Below are positions 1-13,000 of a DNA stretch of 64,000 bases, in pieces. A program made the position numbers and the translations under genes. The stretch spans positions 1 to 64,000 of the forward strand of contig JAQGDQ010000465.1 in assembly GCA_030141605.1 (NCBI GenBank). Reading direction: 5' to 3'. Origin of the DNA: Tubiluchus corallicola (Eukaryota; Animalia; Priapulida). Below the pieces are notes generated by a model, which was given only the letters and a program-made list of their open reading frames with translations, was not told the origin of the DNA and searched no databases. Every line of letters begins with the position of its first letter. The stretch's first letter is position 1.

Positions 1-1050
1 GTAAAGATTGAATGCTTAATTTTCTTAGTCTTTTTAATAGTAGTAGTTTCTACTTCTGTAGTCTGTCACTGAATGATGGAACCAGCTTGGTAGCCCTTTG
101 TTGAACATTTTCTATGACTTAAGCATCTCCTATGAACTTCTCCAAGCAACATTAACGTATTCTATGTGTGGTCTAATAAGAGTTTTGATTATGCACTTAT
201 TAAAATCATCAAATTAGTATTACAATTTAGTGATGGACGATTAATAGATAAATTGTTATTACAACCAAGTATAAATCGATGTGCAGTAATTCAGTTAATC
301 GAGAACAAAATGTACACATTACACGCTTACTGAAAGGCAGGGTTTTAGCTCGAATAAACTGAATTATTGCATTTTTTCGTTCTTCTCACCTCCCACAATG
401 CGCAGAATTGCAGTCACAGTGTCGCAAACTGGGGATCCTTATTTGTTTCTACATGACTTGTGTAGTGACATAGTAATAGAATAGTTAATGAATGTACAGG
501 TCTATAAAAATAGTTTAGGAGTACGAAAATGGCAGACAGCGGTAAAAGATATGAAAAAGTTTATAGGATATATTTCAGTGCCACAATGTTTGAAAAATAT
601 GGCTAAAACACTGGAAAATTACAATCGTGATATCGAATTACAAGAACAAAATTGTAATCAAATTAGGAAATTTCAAAATCGCCCATCACTATTACATAGA
701 CATAGAACATTTATTTTCTCCAATTAGTTTAACATCAAAAGTTTTTTAAATATCAAGTAATTATAATCATGGAGCAGGGCAGGGAAGGACCATAGGGTCA
801 TCTAGTCTCCTGCCCTTTCTTATAAGTAGATTAGTCATATTAAAAATTAACGGTGATGCTGCAAATAACAAAAAGAAATAAGAAAAATATACAAATAAAA
901 ACAGTATAAATGATACAAATTATCCAATTACAATTACATTCCGTGTTAAATGTTTTTAACAACAAAAGTTTTATATTGAAAAATATTCTACCTATTTCAG
1001 AAAACTTGTGATAGTATTCATCTTTTCAGATTCGATCCTTGAAGACGAAC

Positions 1051-1252
1051 ATGCCTCAGGGAAATACGCTTTTTAACTATTTCACGAAGTCTCCTACCCC
1101 AGCAAATTCTGCTGCTTCTGCAAAGAAAGCTAATAGCAGTTCAAAGATTAAAAAAGTTGCAGAGGAACCCAAGTCTTCGTCGAAGTGCAACCGGGGTTCA
1201 GAAAAGTCGGGCACTGCTAATGAGACTGAAGCAGATGTTCAACAAGAACTGG
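1051..1252 (+). CDS. MSH6: MSH6 coding exon 1 (start, PIP-like box)
   Basis: ATG 1051 [11 protein letters not shown]; donor gtattt at 1253. An upstream acceptor ttttcag at 1029 suggests a non-coding exon further 5'. Confidence 0.85.
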
Positions 1253-3971
1253 GTATTTTTGTTATAACATAAAGTCAGCTCCTGTAAAAAACAGCCAGTG
1301 TTTGATAATTATGAAAGCATTGGGAATGAACAGCTAATATGTGGTATACTGCTGTAACAGTTTTTTAATTAAAAGTATTATTAATTATTTGTCTCTGAAT
1401 GTTACAAAATAAACATAAACAAAAGCTAAAAACTAAAATAAAGACGGAAAAGAGGCGGGGTGGCGAAAAGACCAAGGGTCACCAAGTCAAGCACCCCTAT
1501 CCAAAGTGAAGAAAATTAAGTGACCTGTCAAGTAAGGTGTGTACAAATGAAAATAATCAGCAACTTAATAAAATAGAATAAATGAGGCAACAAGTTCAAA
1601 TGAGTTTAAATTTAGAAACAGTAAATAAATTTGGCAATGAGAAGAGACAAAATTTAAATTAGCAAACAAAACGGAAAATTTAAACTCATCAAAAACAAAA
1701 CTAATAATTACATATAAATCAAGAACTCAAACCAACATAAGAAGCCAAAAAATGAAGCAATGTCAAGTCATGAGTAAGTCAAAGATTAATTCTCGAAGTA
1801 CTTCCAACACTAATTGCTGCTAACTTTTTAAGATTTTAGTTGAGCAAATCTTTGTAAAGCGCGGCAAAAAAATTGTGCAAAAGCTTTAATTTGTGACACT
1901 GCCTCTTGTCTTGAAAACCTAGTGAACGTTTTAAATGCTCCTCGGGGAATTTTGAGAATTTTTGTAAATATTCTCATTTTTGATTTAAATTTTCCTACTG
2001 TGCATTTAAATTGCATTATAGGTGATGAACTTCAGCCTGGTGATTTAGTGTGGGCAAAGATGGAAGGTTATCCATGGTGGCCGAGTCTTGTATACAACCA
2101 TCCAACCAGAAACATTCATTATCAAACAGAGCCAACTTCTATGATTCATGTTCAGTTTTTTGACCAACCACCCACCAGAGGGTGGGTGTCTTCCAAGTGA
2201 GCATTTCACTGATTTGTTAATCTTCAGCGGAGTTACGTGGCTATTTCGTGTGGGTGTGTGCGTGCGTGCGTGCGTGCCTGCATGCGTGCGTGCGTGTGTG
2301 TGTGTGACACATTGTTGTAATTGGTTACTTATAGAAATCAAGAAGAACCATTGCAGATGAAATCTTATTGGTTATGCGTTATCCTATAATTGTGTGGAAC
2401 ATAATTGTGTGTCCTATTGGCCGAACTATTAGGCCTAGGTACGGGCTCAGGTAGCAAATTACAGGTGCGGGGGCAGCATTTACGAAAAGGGCACATTTTG
2501 TCTACCCATATATCTGTGACCAAGGTTATGATGACAAGACATATATATAAGAGCATATCTAAGACACCCCAAATGCCTTCTGCCGTCACATATTCTTCCT
2601 ATGTTCCTGTAAACTCTTCGGGGTAATCGTGGATAACCACACATTTTTCCATCAGAAAGGCAAAGTTCTGCTCCCGCACTGCCCGCTTGGAAAAGGCAAG
2701 GGGGGCTGTGCTACCGTGGCTCGGCCGCCCCTGGGCGTAGGTCTTCCATCAAGTAAAAATAAGCATTAGCAGTAAGCTTTTAACGATATATTGATGCATC
2801 GTAACATCTTTCATTACGATATGCTTGGCATTTATTATCAACGGCTTAATTTGGTTTTTAACTCGGGTGTGTCTGGTATCATTGGTATCATTTTGTAAGG
2901 TTAGTATCATACAAATATCATAACGTGTATCATATTGTGCCCTAGGTGTATCATTACAACCCGGTAAGGCAGGTTGAATTGTTTACTGTTCGTTCCTCCT
3001 ATTCTCTAGGTATGTACGTAGATTCACTGGGCTCGACTCAAGAGGCGCGCAAAAGGGAGGCAAGTAGGTGTATCATTACAGCCCAGTAAGGCAGGTTGAA
3101 TAGTTTATTGTTTGTTCCTCCTATTCCAGGTATGTACGTAGATTCACTGGGCTCGATTCAAGAGGCGCGCAAAAGGGAGGCAAGTTCTTCAGCAGCGATT
3201 TCAATTGGCGTAGAGGGGCCAGGGAGGCTGAAAAAGCTGCGCAGTTAACAAACGAAGAGCGCTTAGTCGATCTGGTCGTTTGCACCCTCCCATCTGATGA
3301 GGAAGAGGATATGGATGTTGACGGTAATGTCAGTTTCATATTTTTGTGAGTTATTTAATTTTATGGCATTTTGCATTGATTATTAAACTTTTGCTGATGC
3401 AGGTTTGCTGACACAAGTTTCAGTGTGTATGTAATGCCAGATTTTTCTTGTTCCAATGGGCCTGCACTAGTAGTGATTCTGTTCATTTTATTTTCAATCA
3501 CGGAATTGATTTTTCTATGTTTGTTCGTTTGAAAGGTCCCATAAAAATCATCTGTGTGTCTTAGGAGACAAATTCACAAACAATTGCAGAAATTAAATAT
3601 TTTACATATAAATTTTATTGTGACACTGAGAAATTATGAGTCATCTAGAATTCGAACTCAAGACTTGTGCTTTAATGGCACATGCTCTTCTGAGTGAGCT
3701 ACTTACTCGACACAGCACTGCTGTATCTGAGATTGCGTCATAATAGTACACAGTTATCCTGAGCCACCTATCCGTCGCACTGCTGTATCTGAGATTGCGT
3801 CATAATAGTACACGTTATCCTGAGCCACCTATCCGTCGCATCTGATTTGATTTTGATTTGATTTCATTCTTTATTTCGAACTAGGTTCATAGAATACATA
3901 ACCCACAATACTTATAACACCCCCTCTCAACACATGCAAATTAATGCATAAATAAATAAAATAACAGTGCT

Positions 3972-4022
<51 letters not shown>

Positions 4023-7000
4023 ATATCATGCGTCCAGCCTGTATCGTCTCTCATAATTTCTACCTAACACTTTCCTCCATTGTCTCTTATGTCTGAAGTG
4101 TAAAATGCTTCACTGTTATTCAATGCGTTTATAAGAAGATTTGAGCTTTGCATTACTCTACTGTATAGACTGTGCGCAGTTTTCCTATGTATTACATCAA
4201 AGTATAAAACGTCGTGGTCTACTGAAATACTCCTGGAACTATAATCATATGGGTAGTTGAAAAGTTTGCGTTTCGAAATATTGTGAGCTACTTTAAGTTT
4301 GCTGAGACTGTAGTTATAAAAATGTCGCCAGGTGGCCATACCGTAGAAAGAATTACAGTAATGAGATTGCACCATAATAGTACACAGTCATCCTGAGCCA
4401 CCTGTCTCTTTGCTAATGATATATTACTACATTTGAATACACTGTTATGTGTATACGTAACATCCAACGTCAGGTGCACATTTGAATACACTGCACAGTA
4501 GTATTCAGTAGTAACTCACGCACAGTAGCGAGTGTAACATGCCATCAAATAACGTCGGGGGCGTATCAAGACTTTACGACGCCCTAGGCTGATAGTTTTG
4601 CCCCGCTCATCTCTATTGTGAATTTATCATTGTTTATGTAATGGGCAGGTCAAACAATTACTTGTGGTGTATTAGAAACACTATTAACCTAATTTCTACG
4701 TGGTCATTATTAATTACATGTATTTGCATAGTACTTACATTCAAATAGGCTGTGCAACTGCTTGTTGTGTAATACCTTGCACCTGTTCGTTATGTGGCAC
4801 TCATATATAAACTGCCCTTAGTAACTGCCGGTGGTGTGGTATAAAATGCCCCCTTACGTGAATTCGAAAGTTACATATTTTCCGAGGAGAATAAGAATTC
4901 TTTCTAAAATTTGACACCCCTCAAACTTTGGCTCTGTAGGCTATAGCCTAGTTAGCCTATTGGTTAATACGCCCCTAAATAACATGTGCGCTGGTCTTAC
5001 AAAGTCCAGATAGTTAAGTTGTGTCGGTTTTTTTTGTTCTGTATTACAATTTTACATTAGCACACCAGTTTGTCACCCTCTCTTATGGCTTCTTTGACTC
5101 TTCAGATGTGGAATCCGACATCAGCAGGTCAGACGAAAGCAAAGAGAATCACGAAGCCAAAGAATTGCATTTAAATGAATCAAACACCGAGGTAAAATTA
5201 ATCATCTATTTAAGTGATTAATTGCGATTGTGATATTTGATTGATTTTGTTCAATTTATCGTTTATTCCAATCGTAAAGTTTATATTTCAAATACAGTTA
5301 CAGCAACAATAAACAACAATTACATAATACACCCATAACTTACAGGGTTACACTACTATACAGTAGGCGTGAGCATTCTCTACTAGAAAGCGAATTCGAA
5401 TCGAACCGAATTTGTGACTTTCGAATTCGAATCGAACCGAACTTCAGTGTTTCGAATTCGAACCGAATTCCAATTGAGATTGAACGATTTTCGAACCACC
5501 AGTAAAAATTAGTCTTACAAAGATCATGCATATCACTAGATTTTGTTCTGCAATAAAACGACTAGTAATTTGCTTAAAGTTGTGCGCAGAAATAACAACT
5601 AAATTATGTTAATTGCATGATGTTTCAGTCGTTTTAATGATCAGGAACATATGTGATTGAAGTGCTGAATAATTCGAATCTATAGTTTTGGATTTGAATC
5701 GAGTTCGAACTAAAAAAAACTCGTTCGAATCGAATTCGAGTGTTACAGTACTATACAGTATTTGCAAGTAAGACCCAAAGAAGGGCTCAGACTCATGATA
5801 ACTGATTAAATTAAACGCTCGTGTACAGTAAGATCTTTGTGTGAGTAGCTGAGCATTTTGTTGTAAGTTGTATTATGTGCTTATTTGTCATAGCTATTCT
5901 CCCAGTTTACCCGCCTGTCAGTTTCTCATGGGTTATCCTTGGTGAGCCAGGTGAACCGGGTTCAGATCCAGCCACGATCATCAACATTGAGAATATGCTT
6001 CGCTGAGGCTGGATTCCAGCTTGCACTGTGACAAAGATGCACATACATTCACATCTCAGTTTGCCAGAACTCGCTTTTACGGATATCAGAAAAATTGGAC
6101 GACAAAATCTGGACTGTTAAAAGTCCTGCATACTACGGACACACAGTCCGTTGTTTCGCGAGCTGACCGCTAGTTGGCACGCCGTCACTTTGTTTACATT
6201 ATTACATCAGTGCAACCAAGCAGCGTGTAACGACACGTGTATAGCTTGTATGTCAGAACCGGCCCGTGCTAGACGTTTTTGAGACAATTAGGTGATTAAT
6301 TCTGCATTACCATAAGTCGAATACACGTCGCCTACTTTATTAGCTTAATATTGGCAAATACGGACAATCGACAAATTCGGACCGACGTCTCCCTGCTTTT
6401 GTGTGGCAGACGGAGATATGAGTGCAATTTCTGTACAAGTAGTCGTTGACTTACACAACTTACACCTGTTCCCTGTCTGCTCGACTTTACGAGCCGAGCA
6501 AAATAAATTAATTACTTATACAAAATTAACTATAACTCATATGTCTTTTTATTTTTTAAGCTTTAACTAGCTTTAAATCACTACCTATTTCGATAAATTC
6601 ATTCGTAAGCGCAGCCATACTTAGTTGCGCGCATACACAACGTCTTACTATTAGTTGCATTAGTTGCACCCACATGAATATTTGGATCTGATATGCATTA
6701 GTCAGAATTGATTGTACAGTAGTCGCCGCTTAATAGACTTTGGGACCGACGTGTTTTGGCCCATTTAGCCGACTGAACCTATTAACCGATGGGTGTAATA
6801 TTACTGCTGTAGAAGTATGAGTCATCAGCTTACTATGCACTGCAAAGGCTTTTAATCAATTTTAGAAATGAAGTAATGCCTAAATTCCTTTGTGCAGTTA
6901 AAAACTAGAAAAAAAAATTTTAAAATATTAATTTATATAAGCGAATTAGCAATAAATTAAAAAGTATACTTTTCTAAATCACACAAGCCTGTTTATTTTC

Positions 7001-10000
7001 AAAAAATACAAAAATTCCTTCAAAGTCGGCTGCTTCATTTTCTCGCGAAGAATTTGGCCCACAAAGTTCTCGTAATTATAAAAACTTTGAAAATCTGTTG
7101 TGACTAAAACAGTTCTGAATCTTCTGCTCACTTACATTGCCCTTATTTGCTGTACGATGTTTACTCTTGTAAGTCACAAGGAATAACAGCTGATTACTGT
7201 ACCTGCATCTTTGACTGTTAACTCATTAAGCCTGAAAGTGTAATTTGCAACTAGAGCATCAAAAGGAAACCGCTAGACAAGTGATTAAATGTTTAGCTTC
7301 CAGAAATTCTTTGGGTAACGAAGGTAATTGCACTGGGTGAGTGGGTAACAGATTCAAAGCAAAACCGCTACGCTAGCGTATTAGCACATGATAAACATAC
7401 CTGTGTACAAACAAAGCGGTACTTAACATGATTGTTTCTGCATACATAGTGCACAAAAGGGAAGTAAAGATGACATAAAGGTAGGAAAGGCTCTTTGGGC
7501 GCATACAAATATCTTATTTTAAGTAGGTGAAGGAAAAATATTGAGTCAATTATGCGGAACTATATGAGTCAATTACCGATAGTTTTTATGTGTATTTGAA
7601 TAGAAGCGGCCCGTTCTAGGCGTTTTTGAGTCAATTAAGCGATTGAGTCTATTAACCTTGAGTCTATTAAGCGGCGACTACTGTAGCCGTAAGTGGACTG
7701 CAACCTGTACAAAAAAACAAGTGTGGATTTTTTTCAGGAAAAGACAGCAGTGAAGCCAAAGGGAAAACGAGGGAAGCGTAGGAAACCACAACCAAAGAAA
7801 CGAAGGCGAATTGTTGTCCATGATTCTAGCAGTAACGAATCCGGTAAGTGCTTTTGTTTACGTACTTATTAATAAACACCACTAAAAGCTAAGCAGCTTA
7901 CAAATTTGCTGATGAGTCTCAACTTGCTCTTAAATTAACCATCAGCTTTGCAACAGTTTTTGTGATTTTACGACTAAGCGTGAGAGTTGTGCATAAAATA
8001 TTACAATTAATTCTTATTTTTGTGCAGGTGATGAATATAAACCTACCAACCTAGATGATGAATCGTCTTCGAGCGGCACTAGTGGAGTTGAGGAAGTTTC
8101 CGAATCCGACCAGTCCTCAACTGACGAACTTCCGGAAAAGGTTTGTTTCGTGAATGCACTGTAGTTATTAATTTTATTTTTATTTATTTATTATTTATTA
8201 CGTACTCGATTGATAGTATGTATTAGTAAACGATACAATGTGCACAAAGAAAGCAAAATAGTATAATACAATGCAGATGCCAATGATAAGTGACAATAAC
8301 TAGATTTCAAGTATACAACAATTATATAGCTGTATGTGTAATTTCTTGTAACACTGTTAATGCGAATTGTTAGTTGTTAATGCTTTTCCTCTAGTCAATG
8401 TTGTAGGGCACAGAGTACGCCACTAGCTGAAGTAGGACACTTCCGCTAAAGCGCATGTGCTAGATTTACGGAAAAGTTTTGTCGTACATGGGCAGCCCAA
8501 GTAGGACACCAGCGATTTCTGTAGAGAATCGAGATTTATGACATACAAAAACATAAAAGAAAATTTGTTTTAGAAAAAAGTAACTTTATAATAATGATGG
8601 ATAGTCCTTAACAATTTACAAATGTATTTTTTACAATAATATCATCATTATTATTAGCTCCATTAATATCATCATAACAGTAAACTAAGTATCTAATGCT
8701 TTAAAGAGAGAAACTATGTAGGGCACATAACTCGCTAACCCGTTTGCTTAGTAGAAAACAATTATTTGTCTAAGAGGTAGTGAAACGAATCACCTGTCTG
8801 TGAAGCAAGACAAAATAAAAAATGACATTCCTTAAACAAATAGTATAACAAATGGTATTAAGCAAAAGGTTAATATTGAAACCAAATTTAATATTGGCCA
8901 GTTTACTGCTCAGAATAAGATTCTTTTGTTTCATTAGATGTATAGTAAATTATTCAACGTGTATTGACATTTTCAATTATTATTATTAAATAATGACGAC
9001 AGATGCTGGCAGTACGATTAACGACTCAATTCGTGACCTGTCTCTAGTGTCCTACTTGGGCAGCCCATGTATGACGCGTCCAACTTGGGTTAACCCATGT
9101 ACCACGCGTCCTACTTGGGCTAGCCCATGTACGCCAATTGTCCTACTTTGGCCTATGTCCTACTCCGCTCCCAACAAATGTAATTTTTACTAACGTTGTT
9201 GCTGGTTACTGTATGTAATGGCGTGAAGAAACTGACAGTAAGAACAAGCAATAACAACAGCGTTGAACGTGTCTTAGTGCATTTTTCAGCACTGTCTGTT
9301 TGACAGTAGCTTCTACATCTTAGAATTTCTTCTAGAGCAAGGGTTCTCAACCGGGAGGAATGAGCCACCTCCAGGGGGGGGACGAATGGGTGGAAAAATA
9401 AAAATAAAAAATATGTAGAAAAGCAGAGAAAAAAGTACAGAAAGCCTTCATAGCCAACGCAACACACCCTCCCGCTCAAAACGTTTAGATCCGACCACGT
9501 GGCTGCCTGAGACAGCGGCACAGGGCGAGTAGCCCACTCACTGGCCTGACAACACACGGCAGTGAGCAAAGCGTGCGCTCTGTCTCTTGCTCTCTCGCTA
9601 GCATACTACAGATAAAATTAATTTGGCCGTGTTTTGCTCCTTTGTTTTGATTGTGCCCAGCGTTTTTTGATAAATGTGTATACTCACTATTCTAATAATG
9701 GGAAACCCACGGCTGCAGAAACGAGCTCAGCGGATTTTACTGCCACTCCCGACTACTTGCCTACGTGAAGTTGGATTTAGCAGCATGGCAGTGGTGAAAA
9801 GGAAAGCAACCGATTAGATATGAGCATTGATTTGAGAGGGGCACTCTCAGTCACAAACCCCCCCCCCCCGACATCAAGAAAATTGTGTCCTCTCAACAGA
9901 AGCAAGAGTCACATCGAATGTGGTGACCACAGATTGTGTTTTTATTCATGAATAAAAAAATGTTGAAATTAAAAAAAATTGAATATAAAAATGCATTTTT

Positions 10001-13000
10001 CATTTTGTTTGTGGGCTAGGGGGAACGAGAATCAGCAGCCTTCAAAAGGGGGGGAATGGGTCAAAAAGGTTGGGAACCACTGTTCTAGAGTGTCTTGTTA
10101 TGCAGATAAAAAAGAGAAAGCGGCGGCCCGGGTTCATTGCAGCCACAAGCGCAGAAACGTCTCCTCTTTCACCGACAAGCAATTCAGCATCCAAATTGCA
10201 AACTAGTTTGAACAGGACGCCAACAATCAGCAAAACGACGAAGAGTAGATTGTCTATGTTTGCAGCTCCTGAGGTAATTTGTTATAGGTGGAACATGCAA
10301 AGTACAGTGCTACTGAAAAATGCGACATATATTAACTAACTAGATTATGTATGTAAGCAAAAAGCCTTTTCACAGTTCCAAAAATTGATGATGATCGCGA
10401 AAAGGTCGAAATTTAAGTATATCAGACAACACATTTGTGTGCACTTAATGACACCTTCAAGTTCAAGCTATTGTAATAATAACAGTTTTAACAGCTAACT
10501 AAAACCTTAGTTCATTTTTTTCTTGATCCCAATCAAGATCCTAGCAGGAGATAAATCACTCTACTGCATAATGTATAATTAAGTAAAGTTTGCGTGAAAC
10601 AACTGAAATTACTGAACTGATGCATCAGATGGCTTTTGCTTTACACACGCGTCATGCAACGGTTGTAGTTAAGATGCGCTACTGTTTTACACTTGACCTT
10701 TGACCTGCAGTAACTGAGCATGTGCACAATGATACTGTGAAAAGGCTTATGATTTTTGAGCTGTGACTATTTCATTTTTAAGCTTATTCGTACATTAGCA
10801 CAAGACATTGGAAAAGTTGCACCCTACATAATGTTTTTATACGCTTCTGTTGAGTTACATTGAGCCATCTTTTGCGGGAAATGCAAAAACTGCAATTTAC
10901 ATATTAAAACATTAAACTTAAACAATGGGGAATTAATCTGACAATTTCTCAATAAAAAAGCTTAGTTAACAATATAATTTTGCCAGTTCTGGTGAAAGCA
11001 CTCTTTTGTATTTATTTCGTTTTGTGTTTTGTTGTGACATCTTGTTGCTAGTATAACATGTTATCTATGATTTTTCTGTAAACAGTTTACAAATGTTAGT
11101 AAATTCTTGTGATATCTTGTTGCTAGTATAACATGTTATCTATGATTTTTCTGTAAACAGTTTACAAATGTTATTAAAGTATTTTAACACATATTTTTTA
11201 ACGCAAATTTGCCTAAATAACTGGCTGTATTGTTTCGCGGAGTGTAATACTGTATCTCACGATGAAGTGAGCTGATGATTTTCATGAATTGCACAAATTA
11301 ATTAGCTAAGCCTAATAAGAATTTCTTTTTTCATGTGCTGAAGTCTCCTGCTGCATCTCCTGGTAACCCGGAAACCGGAAGCTTCACTCACCTAAAATAC
11401 GAATTTTTGAAAGAAGGCAAAATAAAGTAAGGAACTCTGATAGTGTGAAACGGAAAAATGTGTGAGAAAGTGTTTGTGCGAATTGAGCTTCAATGCCTCG
11501 TATGCGAAGTGGGTATTATTGCGATACAATCTTACATACATTATGATATGAGAACCATTGTTCGCTATTGTTTGGCGGGCAGCTACATGTAGTTTATGAA
11601 GTCACAAATAGCCGGTACCATTAATTTAACAATATTTGTGAAAGTCATTTTTGAGGTTGTTGTTCAGTCACTTTGTTGTGATTGAGTTTAGACACAGAGA
11701 AGTATGGATAGTAACCAAAAATCTATAATAAATATTTGCACTGCACACAACAGAAAAGTGTTTATTGAACTACAGAAAACATGAGTAGCAAAACTGCTTC
11801 ACTGGACATTGAGCAAAAACTAGAAAGCAAAAACAGTCTGTAAAACCTGTTTCACAGGAAGAATACAGGTATAGAACTTGACCTATGCAGACTTGCACAG
11901 GCTTCACAACAACCATTAATTTTAGATAGTATGTATTCACTGGACCATACAATTATACTGAAGGCAAGTCAGCTTGTACAGTGTAACAGGATTAGCTCAT
12001 AGATGGCAGCATGTAACTACAATGTACAATTCCAACTTCCACAGTATTATTGCATTGTTAATTACTCCTATTATAGCAGATCTAGAATACAAAAAGGAAA
12101 ATTTATGTAAACAACATTATTACCTTGTCATATTTATGTGTGTACAAAAGTACCTGTTGCATCTCATTAGCTAATTATTATGCTTGCATTACGTTAGCTA
12201 ACATGTATGTAGGTTAGCTAACAACTGGCACTGCTAACTGCTAGCCTTATCCTGTGGTGTTGGTTTTCTAAACTGAATGTTTGGTGTTGCATTGACCCAG
12301 TAATGATTTAAATACTAGTGTAACTTATGTGCCTAGTAAATTATACATCCCGCTCCCCTTGCAGAATTCGCATGTACTTCCAGCATGCGCTAATTTTACG
12401 GTTTATGCTCAATGAAACTTTTTGTATTATGTAAATTATATAATAGTTTCAGATTGCTTTGCATTTATTTTTCCCTACAAAGTATCGACACTCCAGCACT
12501 TGTGTTTGCAGGACCTGTTTCTTAACTTATCATTGCAACTTCAAAACGTTTTCACCAGTTACAAAGAAACGACAAATTGAATTTTTGCGCTCTGTTTGCA
12601 AGCATTCCAATTCATCAATCTACATTTTGCAACTTGCAGAGTTTTTTATGGAACAACTCTAAATGTTATGTGTGTAATGTTGCTAGTTCACCACACAGTC
12701 ACATGCATACACGTGCACACATGCACACACGCATACATGTGCTCTCACAAGAAACACTGCACACACACACATGAAACATTCAGTTAATCTCGCTTTTGAC
12801 TTTCCTTTGGTCTGGGTGGTCTCGCTAAACAGCGATTGTTATTCAGAACTGAAGCTAGTAACCAATTATGATAATTAATACTAGTTTATTTACTAAATGC
12901 AAGGAATTAACTGACTTTTCAGCTGTCAAGTTAGTTTAATTTTATTTACATTCTTCTAAAGCCATTTCGTACATGGATTTCACTGTATTAATTTCTCAAA

